A stretch of 64,000 nt of DNA from an uncultured Acidimicrobiia bacterium (GTDB taxonomy: Bacteria; Acidobacteriota; Terriglobia; Versatilivoradales; Versatilivoraceae), in assembly GCA_963786955.1 (NCBI GenBank), contig CAWBAT010000006.1, positions 1,059,295-1,123,294 on the forward strand, written 5' to 3'. The notes beneath the pieces are model-generated. The model was given only the letters and a program-made list of their open reading frames with translations, did not search any database and was not told the DNA's origin. The position numbers were made by a program, and so were the translations under genes. Of this stretch, positions 31,392 to 42,834 are shown one piece after another. Position 1 is the first letter of the stretch. The number at the start of each line of letters is the position of its first letter.

Positions 31392-33050
31392 TACTTGCTC
31401 CTTACGATCCGGCTCAAAGCTTTATTCACCATCATCCTGAGCCTCTCTTACGATGGCATCGAGATGAGCCTCGTTTTTGAAGCTCTCGGCGTAAATCTTG
31501 TAAATGTTTTCTGTCCCAGAGGGACGGGCCGCAAACCAGCCGTTTGCAGCAATGACTTTCAGACCGCCAATGGGGGCATTGTTCCCCGGAGCGCGGGTGA
31601 GCTTGGCTGTAATCGGCTCGCCGGCCAGATCCAAGTCCTTAACCGCTTCGGGTGATAATCGTTCGAGCTTCGCTTTCTGTTCAGGTGTGGCAGCCGCATC
31701 AATGCGTGTGTAGGATGGTATGCCAAACTCTGCTGTCAGTTCCTGATAATGCTCGCCCGGGTCCTTGCCCGTGCGAGCCGCAATCTCGGCAGCCAGCAAA
31801 CTCATGATCGGCCCATCCTTGTCTGTCGTCCAAACCGTACCGTCTCGCCTCAAGAAACTGGCTCCGGCGCTTTCTTCGCCCCCAAAGCAAAGAGAGCTAT
31901 CATACAACCCCGGTGCCAACCACTTGAACCCGACCGGGACTTCGCAGAGCCGGCGGTCGAGCTTCTTGACCACCCGGTCAATCATGCTGCTGCTGACCAG
32001 CGTCTTGCCAACGGCGGCATGGCGCGACCACTGCGGCCTGTGGGCGAGGAGGTAGCGAATGGCAACCGCGAGGAAATGATTGGGGTTCATCAGCCCTGCG
32101 GATGGAGTAACGATCCCATGGCGATCCGCGTCGGGGTCATTGGCGAAAGCCACGCGATACCGATCTTTGAGGCCGACCAACCGGGCCATGGCATAGGGAC
32201 TGGAACAATCCATGCGGATCTTGCCATCATGATCCACCGTCATAAATGAAAACGTCGGGTCCAGTTCCGGATTGACCACGGTGATATCCAGCTTGTAAAC
32301 GGAGTTGATCGGCTCCCAGTAAGGCAAGGCCGCTCCGCCGAGCGGGTCGACCCCCAGCTTAAGGCCGGCCGTACCGATGGCGTCCATGTCGACAACATGA
32401 AAAAGATCTTTGACATAAGGGAGGATGAAGTCTTCCTGATGCGTCGTTTCGGCCTTCACGGCTTTGTCGTAGGGAACGCGCTTGACAGCGGCATTGTTTG
32501 TTCGCAACAGCCCATTAGCCCGGTCTTCAACCCACCGCGTGACATCCGTATCGGCAGGACCGCCATGGGTCGGGTTGTACTTAAAACCGCCATCCTCCGG
32601 AGGATTGTGTGAGGGCGTAATGACGATGCCATCCGCGAGATGCCTCTGACGACCACGATTGTAAACGAGTATGGCTCGTGAGATGACCGGTGTTGGCGTT
32701 ACGCCGTCGTCGCGCTGAATAATGGTTTCCACCTGGTTGGCAGCCAACACCTCGACTGCCGTTCGCTGGGCCGGCGCGGAAAGCGCGTGGGTGTCCTTGC
32801 CCAGGTAGAGCGGGCCGTCCGTGCCTTGGGCGTGCCGGTATTCACAAATGGCCTGGGTGATAGCCAGGATATGCGCCTCGGTGAAGGTCCCGCGCAATGA
32901 TGAGCCCCGGTGCCCGCTGGTCCCAAAACTTACCAACTGGTTGTCATCCGTCACATCAGGCCGGCACTCATAATATTCCCGTTCCAGCCGGGTCAGATCA
33001 ACCAACATCTCTTTTGGGGCCGGCTTGCCTGCGAGTGGGGAAATAGCCAT
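31391..33050 (-). CDS. pgm: Phosphoglucomutase (alpha-D-glucose-1,6-bisphosphate dependent)
   Basis: [32 protein letters not shown] and RPSGTE. As read it stops at 31422; a 1-bp indel near 31435 would give the tail [13 protein letters not shown] ending at 31391. Confidence 0.93.
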
Positions 33051-33192
33051 GGGTTTTATCCTTTGATACAACGTCTTTTACCCCCCTCAAGTCCCCCCTT
33101 GAAAAAGGGGGGACCATACGGCCGAGGCCCGCACTCCCAGGGGGAAAAACCTCGGGTTAAGCTGCATGGATTACTGACCGCTTCGAACGGAG

Positions 33193-33789
33193 TCACTCAG
33201 CTACATGATGATCGTCATTCCACAATCGGATCACCGGCTGAGACCGATCATGTTCATAGCCTAGGCCACTCAAACTCGCTGTGCTCAATAAGAAGTATTT
33301 GCCGGCGGCCGGTTCGAGCCCGAGCCAGCGGGCAGCCAGGACTCGCAGAAAATGTCCACTCGAAAAAAGCAACGTATTCCCTTCGACCGCGCGTACCCGG
33401 TTCACAACCCGATCGGCCCGCAGGCCAACCTGTTCAGGCGTTTCTCCACCGGGGCAGCCATCGAGGAAGAGCCGCCATTCGGGACGCTCCGCATGGATTT
33501 CAGCGCTGCGGCGTCCCTCGTATTGACCGTAGTTCCATTCCAAGAGATCGTGATCGATTTCAACAGCGGCGGCAAAACCGGCCAGTTCGCATGTCTGGGT
33601 TGCACGCCGTAATGAACTGGAATAGACCTTGAGAAAATTCATTCCCTTCAATCGTTCCCCCAATCGGCGCGCGTTGCGTTCGCCGCGCTCGGTGAGCGGC
33701 AGATCGGTCAGTCCCGTATGCTGGCCGCTGAGGCTCCAGGCGGTCTCGCCGTGCCTGGCCAGATAAATCACGGGAAGAACTTCACTCAT
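33193..33789 (-). CDS. Histidine phosphatase family protein
   Basis: YLARHGETAWS, HTGLTDLPLT and EWNYGQYEG. Confidence 0.9.
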   Translation of the reverse strand: MSEVLPVIYLARHGETAWSLSGQHTGLTDLPLTERGERNARRLGERLKGMNFLKVYSSSLRRATQTCELAGFAAAVEIDHDLLEWNYGQYEGRRSAEIHAERPEWRLFLDGCPGGETPEQVGLRADRVVNRVRAVEGNTLLFSSGHFLRVLAARWLGLEPAAGKYFLLSTASLSGLGYEHDRSQPVIRLWNDDHHVAE

Positions 33790-34042
33790 GCGGCTGCTCC
33801 TTTCGCTATTACGTGCAGGCGATTCCAGAGTTCTCTCTCGGTAAAAAGTCACCAGAAGTAAAAAGAATTGGCCACCTCTTGTTCAAAAAACATGCCTCCC
33901 CCATTCTATCGATAACGTTTCATAAGGATGAGACCCTTCAATCTTTCTTTTATCTTTCGCGACTTTTGCGCTTTCTTGCGGCCCTATCGGAAAAAGCTTT
34001 TAACCGCAAAAAGGCACAAGAAGCACAAAGAATAGGCCCAGC

Positions 34043-34402
34043 TCATGGCTCAGAGAGCCACGACTTGGCCGACTCAATCTCAGAACTGCGGAAATACTTG
34101 ATCTTAGCCATCGTAAATGGTTTGCACACCTTGGCCATCCACTCCTCCCACTTCTTGTCACCAACCAGGGCGATGCGCTCGATGTCAAGGCAATGTTTTG
34201 TTGAGAACTTGATGTCGTCCCAAAGCGCACGCATGTCCCAGCCGTGGAAGTCGTGAAATTGGGCCAACAGCCGGATCTTCCCTTCTTTGGCGACAGCGGC
34301 ATCGATCACAGGAACGAACTTCTGATAGTCTTCGTCATGAAGTCTGCCGGACATCTTGAAACCCAGAACCTTATCCGAACCTTGTGGAAGCTGCTCAATC
34401 AT
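34043..34402 (-). CDS. SpoIIAA-like (STAS/SEC14) protein
   Basis: GFKMSGRLHDEDY, ALWDDIKF and RIALVGDKKW. Confidence 0.85.
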   Translation of the reverse strand: MIEQLPQGSDKVLGFKMSGRLHDEDYQKFVPVIDAAVAKEGKIRLLAQFHDFHGWDMRALWDDIKFSTKHCLDIERIALVGDKKWEEWMAKVCKPFTMAKIKYFRSSEIESAKSWLSEP

Positions 34403-34926
34403 ATTGGGTTCCTCCTCAGTGCCAATCTTCTTTTTCCAGAGAAACTCTGCACATCCTTCATAATTACTTAGTCAAGTTTAACGCCAAGCTGGAAAAGCTG
34501 ACACAACTAAACTTTGACCTTCCTCGCAGTATACCTGACCAATCATTCTGCCTGGCACGCCTTTACGCTATATTGAATCCCCGGGAGTACATTTTCATTA
34601 GCATATTCGATTGCTATTACAACGGTGTTAAATTCCTGCGACTCTTCCACCAATCGGTATAATGATGGATAAGCGATTTTCCTGCACAAGAAGACATCCT
34701 AATAAGTGTATCCGCTTAACCGCCGTTCCTTGGGGGCATCCACACAGAAGAGCGCATCCTCTCCCATTCACCTAAAGGAGTGAAAACTTTGCGGCATTGA
34801 TGGAAAGGCAATTTGATCAGGGAATTGTGTTGGGTTAAACCTATTGAGAAATGAGGCCCCTAATGGTGATAGTTAATTCGGCAGGGCTCCTATCGGAAAT
34901 AGGGCTGGGTGAGCTTGGGTTCAGCG

Positions 34927-36015
34927 CTATCCGTAATACCCCTCTCGAGTCTGAACGACGAGCCCTTTCTGCTTGGTCACGAGGTGAATCCTGTGATAAC
35001 CCGAGCCTGCATCAGCTCGGTCAGGAGTGTAGCCAAGGCTATACTGATTGCGGAGTTCCTCTTCAATACGATCATAAATTTCTTCGATAGGCTGGTTCTT
35101 GGAAACTTCAAAAAAGCCTCCTCCTGTTTCCTGGGAAAGCCTTTCGAGAATTTTCTTGCCGTCGGGTAGCGATGGTCGAGGAAACTGCGGCCCCCCTCCA
35201 CCGCCATGCCGACCCATTCCGCCATACCCGCCGTTGTGGGGTCCCCCGTAGCCTCCTCCCGCCCCATAGACATGCGCATCCGCGAATAAGATGGAATAAA
35301 CCAAAGTGTCGGCGCGTTGGGCAGACTCGACAGCACTCTCCAGACTCACTTTGCTGCCAGTATCGACGCCGTCGGAGAGGATAACAAGTGCTTTGCGTCC
35401 GCTCTGCTTTTTCATCATGTCGTTCGATGCCAGAAAAACCGCGTCATAAAGCAAAGTGCCTCCGCCTCTCCTCTGCGGGCCGGGCCAAGAACCCGGCGAA
35501 TGGGTTCCACCCCGCTGAAGAGGGTTCGGTGTCTCCAGTGACACTAACGCTGTCTCCAGGAGTTTTCGCGAGGGAGTCAGGTCCTGCAAGAGTTCCACTT
35601 CCCAGTCGAAGTGAATCAGGAACGCCTGGTCCTTCTTCTCTCGCAATACTTGATTGAGAAAGCGAGTACTGGCGCTGCGTTCCTGACCGAGAACATTTCT
35701 CTGGCTCAGGCTGGTGTCGACGAGCAAGCCCAGCGTTAAGGCTAGATCGGTTTCATGCCCAAAATAGCGAATGGTTTGAGAGCGGCCATCCTCTTCCAAG
35801 AGAAAATCTTCCTGGCTGAGGTTGCGAACAATCTGTCCTTGCTTATTGCGTACAGTCGCGAGCAAGTTGACCACCTTGACGTTCACAGACAAGGTGGCCT
35901 CTTGATCGCCCCGCAGCGTCCTGCCCGCCAGAAGAAGGGAGACGGCCGAAATGAGAAAGCCGCGTCTCGATAGACCACTCCCTGATTCAGCAAAGCTTAG
36001 ATTTTGTTGCCCCAT
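34927..36015 (-). CDS. Acidobacterial-type VWA domain protein with Tat-like signal
   Basis: SRRGFL, VVNLLATVRNK, MIDAS DTSLS, TLLYDAV, SDGVD, ETGG and LRNQYSLGYTP. Confidence 0.88.
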   Translation of the reverse strand: MGQQNLSFAESGSGLSRRGFLISAVSLLLAGRTLRGDQEATLSVNVKVVNLLATVRNKQGQIVRNLSQEDFLLEEDGRSQTIRYFGHETDLALTLGLLVDTSLSQRNVLGQERSASTRFLNQVLREKKDQAFLIHFDWEVELLQDLTPSRKLLETALVSLETPNPLQRGGTHSPGSWPGPQRRGGGTLLYDAVFLASNDMMKKQSGRKALVILSDGVDTGSKVSLESAVESAQRADTLVYSILFADAHVYGAGGGYGGPHNGGYGGMGRHGGGGGPQFPRPSLPDGKKILERLSQETGGGFFEVSKNQPIEEIYDRIEEELRNQYSLGYTPDRADAGSGYHRIHLVTKQKGLVVQTREGYYG

Positions 36016-36036
36016 CGATTGATAAGCCCTCCATCT

Positions 36037-36600
36037 TCATGGCTGGCCGATCGGACCCCGGTGCATCCCATGCCGCATCCCGCCAAAGCCTGGCCCACCG
36101 AAATGTTCTCCTTGCGGGGCATCGATCAAGCCTAATGCAGCAGCCTGATGAGCGGCTTGTTGCAACGATAAAGCCTGTTGCAGATTGGCCAACGAACTCT
36201 TCTGCGCGTCAGAAAGGAGCGCCAGGAATTGCGGTCGTTGTTCATCGCGCTTGGTTTTGATCTGGCTGCGGAGACTCTTCACATCCACCATCAATTGGGC
36301 TACGACGGCAGAATCCGGAGAGGCCTTGTCCAATTCTTGCCTCAGTTCCTCTTGCTTAGTCATGATCTGTTCGTGAATCGGCTTGACGGCGTCGCGAAAA
36401 GAGGTCTGAAGGGCCGTGATGGATTGCACCTGCTGGTCGGAAAGCTGCAGAAAAGTTTTCAACGCGTCCAATTTTTGCGCCCCCCAAGCAGGCCCCCCAG
36501 GCGGTGGCCCCCAGCCAGGCCCCATGGGCGGTGGACCTTGCTGGGCCAGCACTGTTCCAATACTCAACACAAATGCGAGCAATACAGTTGTTTTTTTCAT
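36037..36600 (-). CDS. Spy/CpxP-like periplasmic protein
   Basis: Signal peptide, two LTxxQ-like motifs (LQLSDQQ, LLSDAQ), a helical core and Gly/Met/Pro-rich ends. Confidence 0.75.
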   Translation of the reverse strand: MKKTTVLLAFVLSIGTVLAQQGPPPMGPGWGPPPGGPAWGAQKLDALKTFLQLSDQQVQSITALQTSFRDAVKPIHEQIMTKQEELRQELDKASPDSAVVAQLMVDVKSLRSQIKTKRDEQRPQFLALLSDAQKSSLANLQQALSLQQAAHQAAALGLIDAPQGEHFGGPGFGGMRHGMHRGPIGQP

Positions 36601-36775
36601 CGTGATTCTCCTTTGTCCTTACTCATAGAATTGATTGATTTTCCCAAGCATACCGAACTATCCGAGAGACGCTTTCGTGGAACAAAAGGCCCATTCTTCG
36701 TGAGCCTAACCCTCGAATTCTGCCCAATTGACTTACTTGGACGGCAATGCCACAGAAAAGGTTTCCAGCCATTCT

Positions 36776-36927
36776 GTAAAGTCGTTGTAAAACCTTTTTC
36801 ATGGAATCGCCCGGAAACAGGATGTCATTGCTTGCTTTCTCCTTTTCGCCCATGCACTTCAGATGACTTCGGACTCTCATTCCATTTTAAACAGAAATCG
36901 CCGAGGGCACTGTAAAGTCGAGGTAAA
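36776..36927. promoter_or_regulatory. Two GTAAA-N6-GTAAA direct-repeat boxes (36776-36791, 36912-36927)
   Basis: GTAAAgtcgttGTAAA and GTAAAgtcgagGTAAA upstream of the Spy/CpxP-like gene. Two more copies at 47437 and 47573. Confidence 0.55.
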
Positions 36928-37165
36928 TTCTCGGAACCCTCTCCTTTCAGCGTCTAACAGGATGAGAGTTTTTCGAGAAAGCTACCGCACAAACATTTTA
37001 GACTGACAGTTTTGGCGGATCAGTGCCTGCCTGTGGGAGTGGATTTAAAGCGGGGAATGAGACCAGGAAGCTGATAGGGAGCCATACTGCGCTCCAATCT
37101 CAGCATCAAACGTTGGCTCATGGCAGACGTTTAAATTTTTGCTGAATATCCGGCCAGAACTCCTA

Positions 37166-38292
37166 ATACTAATTGTACGTCATACATAGAGGTTTAATCC
37201 AATCGAAACAAGTCATCGATTGAACCAGTTGAGGTTGTTGGTTCAAGGCTTTCAGCCCGCGACAGAGAGTTTTCTCGACCTGATCCAGGGAATCAAAAGT
37301 TGAATTGCCAAAGGCATGATCCCGCAAGTAGTTCCAAATGTGCTCTACCGGATTGAGTTCCGGACTGTAGGGTGGCAGAGGAATCAGCCGAATCGTCTCA
37401 GGAATCAAGAGCGCGTGAGCCCGGTGCCAGCCGGCACTGTCGAGCAACATCACACAACAATCCCCCCGAAAACGCCGGGCCGTGTGCCGGAGAAACACCG
37501 ACATCGTTTCGGCATCGACCCAGGGCATCACTAAAGAAGTCACCTGGCCATCCGCCGGACTGACCGCTGTTAAGGCATACACATACTCGCGGATCACCTG
37601 ATGACCGACTGTCGCCCGCGAGGGCAAAGGCACCCAACAACGCCGTCGATCACTGATCCGCCCAAAACGGCCTTCATCCTGAAACAACAGCCGGATTCGC
37701 TTCCCCCCAGCCATTTTCCCTATCGCGTCCTGGATGAGAAGGGGAAGTTTTTTTTAAAGCTCTCCTGGGTTTCCCGACTGGCTTTGACATGACGGGGGCG
37801 AGGCCCCAGTTTGCGCCACCCGTGCCGCTTCAGGAGCTTGTAGATATAGGCCAAAGAAACCTTTTGTCTGACGGTCTTCTGAACTTCCGGCAGCAGTTGT
37901 CGGGCCGTGATGACTTCTCCCTGCTGCGCCCGCTTGGCCCAGCGCTCCAGCACGCGCTGTTCTTCCTTTAACTCCAGCAGGCTCCACCGCCTTCCGCCCC
38001 GCCCCTGACGCTGCAAACCCTCGGGGCCCTCCTTATTGTACTGGCCAATCCACAACCAGATGGCTTGCTTGGAGACCCCCAGCATTTGAGCTACTTCCTC
38101 GGCGTGGAGGGCTCTAGTCCAGGTCAGCCAAATGGCTAAACGCCGTTGGTAACTGGTGCGATCCGGAGCATCCCGCAACCAGGCTAACAATTCTTCTTCC
38201 GACAGCCAGGGTTTGATCTGAGCAGGACGGCGCATCGTTCACCTCCTGCTCTCCAGTATATATGTACTCTATATTTGACGTCAAATCAGTAT
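37166..38292 (-). mobile_element. IS630-family insertion sequence (about 1127 bp)
   Basis: Imperfect 25-bp TIRs: ATACTAATTGTACGTCATACATAGA versus ATACTGATTTGACGTCAAATATAGA (right end, reverse complement). The flanks rejoin to a paralogous gene. Confidence 0.88.
37169..38235 (-). CDS. IS630 transposase in two ORFs (HTH 37720-38235; DDE 37169-37750), probable programmed frameshift
   Basis: HTH ORF ending PRPRH...FKKN. DDE motifs FQDEGRFG, LDSAGWH and LPPYSPELNPVEHIW. A8 run TTTAAAAAAAAC at the overlap (37747-37758). Confidence 0.9.
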
Positions 38293-38653
38293 GAATCATA
38301 TTGACGAGGATCGTCAGGCCGGCCTGCTTGCTTCCATCGCTTAAAGTGTATAGGCCAACGCTTTGTTTCTGGGGTAGCCTTAATGTGGAAACCGCAATGG
38401 AGGCATCTCCGATCAAGGTTAACGACTATACGGCCAAGTACCCAGTTGGCTTAAAGGATGTGGGGAACCGCCTCGCGACTGACGCCGTGGGATAACTGTG
38501 GCACCGGGCAGCTTCAGGCGGTTGACCAGTTTCAGGTTGGAAAAAGAGAATTAGGGCAACAAGATGAGGGCTGTAAGCTATGGTGTCTCAGTCACTTCAA
38601 GTTTTTTGGCCATACGGGTTTTCACGATTGTGTCATTTGTTTCGTTGATTCGT

Positions 38654-39732
38654 TCAGAAAGCGGCTATGCGTTGAATGACCCAGAACATCGCCACGCTGC
38701 CGATGGCGTAGGGCGGCAGAACCTCCAGGATGGCTGATCGTTGTTGGTTGATGGACGTGAGTCTTGAGGCGGCCCGGAGCATGAGTGCAATTAGCGACAG
38801 GACAAAGCCGATGAAAAGGAAATGTCCCGCTTCAACCCCGATGCTGAAGAACAATAGCGCCGTGGGGATATGTCCGTCCGGCAGACCGGCGTCTTTGAGC
38901 CCGCTGGCAAAACCCAGGCCGTGCAATAGTCCGAACATGAGGGCCACGATCCACGGCGCACGGGCGGTGATGCCAACATAGCCTTGCCGGCCACGCAGAA
39001 TCTCCGCTGCAACAAAAACGATGCTCAGCGCGATAGCTGCCTCGACCGGGGCGTTGCGGGATGTGGACGTAGCCGAGCGTCGCCAGAGTAAGCGTGATGC
39101 TGTGCGAGACAGTGAAAGCAGTGACGGTCTTGACCAGCTTCCAGCCGCCGCGGGTGATGATAATCAACGCGAGCACGAACAGGAGATGGTCAATGCCCGA
39201 CAGGATGTGCTCGACGCCGAGCACGGTATACGTGCGGGCGACGCCAACCGCAGTCTGCCGGGGCCGCAACCACAAACGACGGAGAGGACGGCGTGAGCCG
39301 CGTCACTTGCGTGCTGCCGTCGAGCCGTTCCAAACGCACGAGCACGTCGATCGCCGTCGCGCTGAGGCCGGCGATATGAATCGTGCCGCCGCTGAGTCCT
39401 CCCGCGCACTTCACGCGTCCAGCGTTCGGTGTAGGCATTGTTGGCCATCGAGCGGCGCGGTTCGGTGACGTTGGTGCAGCCGGCGGGAAGTTCCACGTAG
39501 AGTCCGAGGCGCAAGTCTCCCTGGCCCGGCACTTTCCACAGCGCGTCGTAAGTTTCCGGCCCGGTCTGGCGCAGTTCGAGATAAGCGGGACGCACTTCAT
39601 GGGCGAACGCCGACGAGCAACTCAGCAAGAAGCAAACATCGAACAGGAGCAAACAGGGATAACGGAGTGGGAAAAGAATTTCTCTGTTTCCTCTGTTCCC
39701 TCCTGTTCACAAACTCTTCGCTTCAGCTTCAT
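38654..39732 (-). CDS. HupE/UreJ-family membrane protein, several frameshifts
   Basis: AHEVRPAYLEL, LGVEHILSGIDHLLFV, TAFTVSHSITL, FGLLHGLGFA and IGVEAG spread over four ORFs. GGAGG RBS before ATG 39732. Confidence 0.85.
39641..39708. repeat. Period-9 palindromic element inside the 5' end of the HupE-like gene
   Basis: GAACAGGAGCAAACAGGGATAACGGAG ... CTCTGTTTCCTCTGTTCCCTCCTGTTC. Relative at 42755-42815. Confidence 0.7.
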
Positions 39733-39744
39733 CCCGCGCCTCCG

Positions 39745-40605
39745 CTAGTCTCTCTTGGCCACCACCGGCTCCGGTTTTTCGATCGTCACCGTGTAATGCT
39801 TGAGCAGCTCCTGGTAAAACTTATCTTTCGCTTCCAGCCGACGGGCTTCGTCCCACTCACGGCGCACGGCGTCGCGCACGTCCGCCAGCGCGGGCACCTC
39901 TCCTTCCGTGCGTTCGCTCGATGAACACCAGATGCACGCCGAAAGCGGATTCGACCGGCCCTTGCCACTGGCCGGGCGAAAGTCCGCCCAAAGTTTTCGC
40001 GAACTCATCGCCGAACTGTTTCGCCGACCTCCGCGGCCGGCACTGCGTCGAACTGGTGGTCCAGCATGAACGAATCGCCCAGCGCCGAGACATCGGCCTT
40101 GCTGCCCGTCCTGGTTCAACTGCGCCAGCAGTTGCGCGGCGTCGCGCGCAAGGTTTTTGCCGTGCTTCTCCGGGTTGAGATACACCTGGCGGAACGTGAA
40201 CTGTTGCTCGACGCGAAACGGATCGGGGTGCGCCTGCAGATACGCACTCAACTCGGCGTCGGTCGGCTGAGCCTGGGCGGCGACGTCATCGGAGACGAAT
40301 TCCATCTTCTGCTGCAAGCGGCGGCGGATGATGATGTCGTCCTTGTCCAAGCCCAGCGCCAGCGCTTCGCGGTAATAAACTTCCTCCCGCACCCGGTCCC
40401 GGATCAGGCCCTCCCACTCCTCGCGGGTGGGCTCCCGTTGCCGGGTGCGGGTGAAGCCCTCCCACATGGACGCGAGTTGGCCTTGCGTGATGACAATCTT
40501 TCCCGGCTCGCCGCTAGAGTGCTTGGACACCAGGCTGAAGCCGGCGAAGATCAGAGCCCCCAGCAGGAGGAAGTGCAGCAGTGGTTCTTTGAGGATTCGT
40601 TTCAT
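39745..40605 (-). CDS. Parvulin-like peptidyl-prolyl isomerase, with internal frame disruptions
   Basis: EPLLHFLLLGALIF and EEVYYREALALGLDKDD. GQWQGPVESAFGVHLV occurs in an alternative frame. Confidence 0.8.
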   Translation of the reverse strand: MKRILKEPLLHFLLLGALIFAGFSLVSKHSSGEPGKIVITQGQLASMWEGFTRTRQREPTREEWEGLIRDRVREEVYYREALALGLDKDDIIIRRRLQQKMEFVSDDVAAQAQPTDAELSAYLQAHPDPFRVEQQFTFRQVYLNPEKHGKNLARDAAQLLAQLNQDGQQGRCLGAGRFVHAGPPVRRSAGRGGRRNSSAMSSRKLWADFRPASGKGRSNPLSACIWCSSSERTEGEVPALADVRDAVRREWDEARRLEAKDKFYQELLKHYTVTIEKPEPVVAKRD

Positions 40606-40667
40606 GGATGTGACAGTCCAACGGAACGGAGAGCAGCAATTCCGAGTCTCTACTGTTCGCCGGCGAT

Positions 40668-42612
40668 TTACGGCGTGTACCAGATGGGCGAGGTGTAGGC
40701 GCGGTCGGTGACCGTCATCGGAACATAGTCGGGCATCTTGATGCCGAAACGCTTCTGGTCATAGGCCGTCCAGCGTGGCGACGGGATTTGAATCACGCGC
40801 ACGTAGTAGAACGCGCGCTGCTTCGCATCGAACGCCGGGTCCTTCCAATACGCCGACAGCGTCGCGGCGCCGATGGTGTTGGTGTAGGTCGCGTTGGCGA
40901 CGTCCACCGTGTTGCCCACCGAGGTCTTGCAGCGGCCGTCCGGGCCGATCTTGCGTCCGCCGGAGACCGCCACGTCGAAGATGCGTTCCTGCGCCTTGCC
41001 GTCCTTGCCGAGCCAGCCCTTGATGATCTGGATGCGGTCGAGGTTGGGGCCGTCCGGATCGCGCATCGCGTGAACCATGAAGACGGGCGGCTTGCCGGCC
41101 GGTGCGCCTTGCGAGATCGCCGCCCATCGGGCACGCCGTGGGCGTAGCCATTTTCCGCGAAATCCGGCCGATCGAGGTCCGCCCGCGTCGAAGTCCCAGC
41201 CCGCGAACACGCGTACGGTCGGCCGGTCGCCCGTGGTGGCGTAGACTTCCTTGCGCTTGAGCGCGTCCCAGATTCCCTCGCGGGTGTTCTCGCGCGCCCA
41301 CACGCCGCCCAGGCCCGCGGCCTGTTCATCCCAGACCGAGACCAACGGGCCTTTCTTCGGATCATTGTTGACCATGGCGAGCGGGGTTTTCCAACGATCC
41401 GGCGACGGCAATCCGTTGGCAAACTCACCGAAGAAGTTGTCTTCCCGCGTGGTGACCACGCCGACATGGGCATCGTTGCCGCCGATCAGGCCGGACTTGT
41501 AGGGGTTGGCTCCAAGCTTGGCATCCAGCTCCAGTCCCAGCTTGAGCGCCGAGCGGACGTAGTTGCCGTGGAGGACGCTATTCTGCGCTGTCTCCATCTT
41601 GCTAAAATTGATGTCCCATCGCTCAAAATTGGCGAATTCGTCGTTCGGCGAGAGGTAGGGATGGGTCTCGCTGTCACCCTTGATCTGCGTCGCCTCCAGG
41701 AGTGGCTCGTGGCTGGCGCGCGCCTCGGCGTAGGCCCGGTCCATGGGTTTTCCGTCGAAGGTCTCCGCCGAATACATCATGCCATTGCTCAGGTTGCCGT
41801 TGTGCGGGATGGCGAGCACCTGGCCGCCCGTCTTCTTCGCGTACGCGTCCATGTACTTCCAGAGGTCCGCCGGATCCTGGCTGTCGAAGGTGGAGAAGGG
41901 AACGACCTGGTTCACGCGGTCCGCGTTGTCCCGAAAGATGACGGTGCGATGAAGATTGTTGCCGCCAGGCGCGCAAGTCCACTCGAAGCCGTGCAGCGTC
42001 GTAAAAACGCCCGGCTGGTTCCACTTCTCGGCTGCGGCGGTGGCGTGCGCCCAGGCCGCGGCCGTGAGCTTGGATCGCGTCGAAGACAGGCTTGCCGGTC
42101 TGCATGGAGACGACGGCTTCGATGGCGGCTTTGACACCCTCCTGAGGGCTCGTCTTGGACATCTCGTACCACCGTTTGCCCTGTGGATTGGCGAGGAGTT
42201 CGGGGCTGCCGGCGCGAATTTGATCGGCAATGCCCATATACTCGGCATGGTCGGTGATGGAGACCCAGTCCAGCGGCCGGTCCTGTTTGAAGCGCTGGCC
42301 GTTGTCGAGGACGACTTCTCCGCCCGTGGCAACCCTGAAGAGGTCGTCGGGGGTCGTCGTTACCCCAAACATTCCCGAGTCAAAGGAGAAGCCGGTGTGG
42401 ACGTGGGCAACGCCCCAGAAGACCCGACTGGGAAACTTCTGGCCCGGGTAGGGCGAATAGTCGGGCTTCTTTGGTTCGATTTTGCGTGCAGCCTCGCTCG
42501 GAGGGACATTTTGGGCTGCGGCAAAATGACTGAAGCCGCCGGTCAACAATGTGAGGGCGATGGCCGCCAGACCCGCGCGTATTCCGTCATGCAGTCGTGT
42601 GTTTCGTTTCAT
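40668..42612 (-). CDS. DUF3604-family secreted putative metallohydrolase, frameshifted
   Basis: Signal peptide, FWGVAHVHTGFSFD, ITDHAEY, GFEWT, NLHR, IPHNGNLSNG, KGDSETHP and RAYTSPIWYTP. Confidence 0.85.
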
Positions 42613-42834
42613 GGTTGTTTCCTTTCTTTGCTTGGTCTGTCAGTTTATTTTGTTTGGAGTGTCGTCGTTGAGGCAGCGGCCAGTCCACAAGGTATTTCCC
42701 CGGCCAGGAGATTCAGTTGGCCTATGGTTATCATGGTTGTGATTTTCAGGCGTTGAACAGGAGATCGCAGAGGACCCAGAGAATACCTCTCCGCTACCTC
42801 TGCTTGCTCCTGTTCGATTCGGTTCATGTTTTCC

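Larger units (their letters stand above)
37118..38405 (-). pseudogene. 3'-end duplicate of the gene at 46537-47307, interrupted by IS630
   Basis: 38293-38405 plus 37118-37164 rejoin to ...VGLYTLSDGSKQAGLTILVNMIQEFWPDIQQKFKRLP*, matching the C-terminus of 46537-47307. Confidence 0.85.

Noticed and set aside
31173-31655. 160-aa plus-strand ORF
   Set aside because: It is a translation of a period-9 repeat element plus the antisense strand of pgm.
36930-36960. ECF sigma promoter GGAAC...CGTCTAA
   Set aside because: The spacing between the elements is several bases too short.
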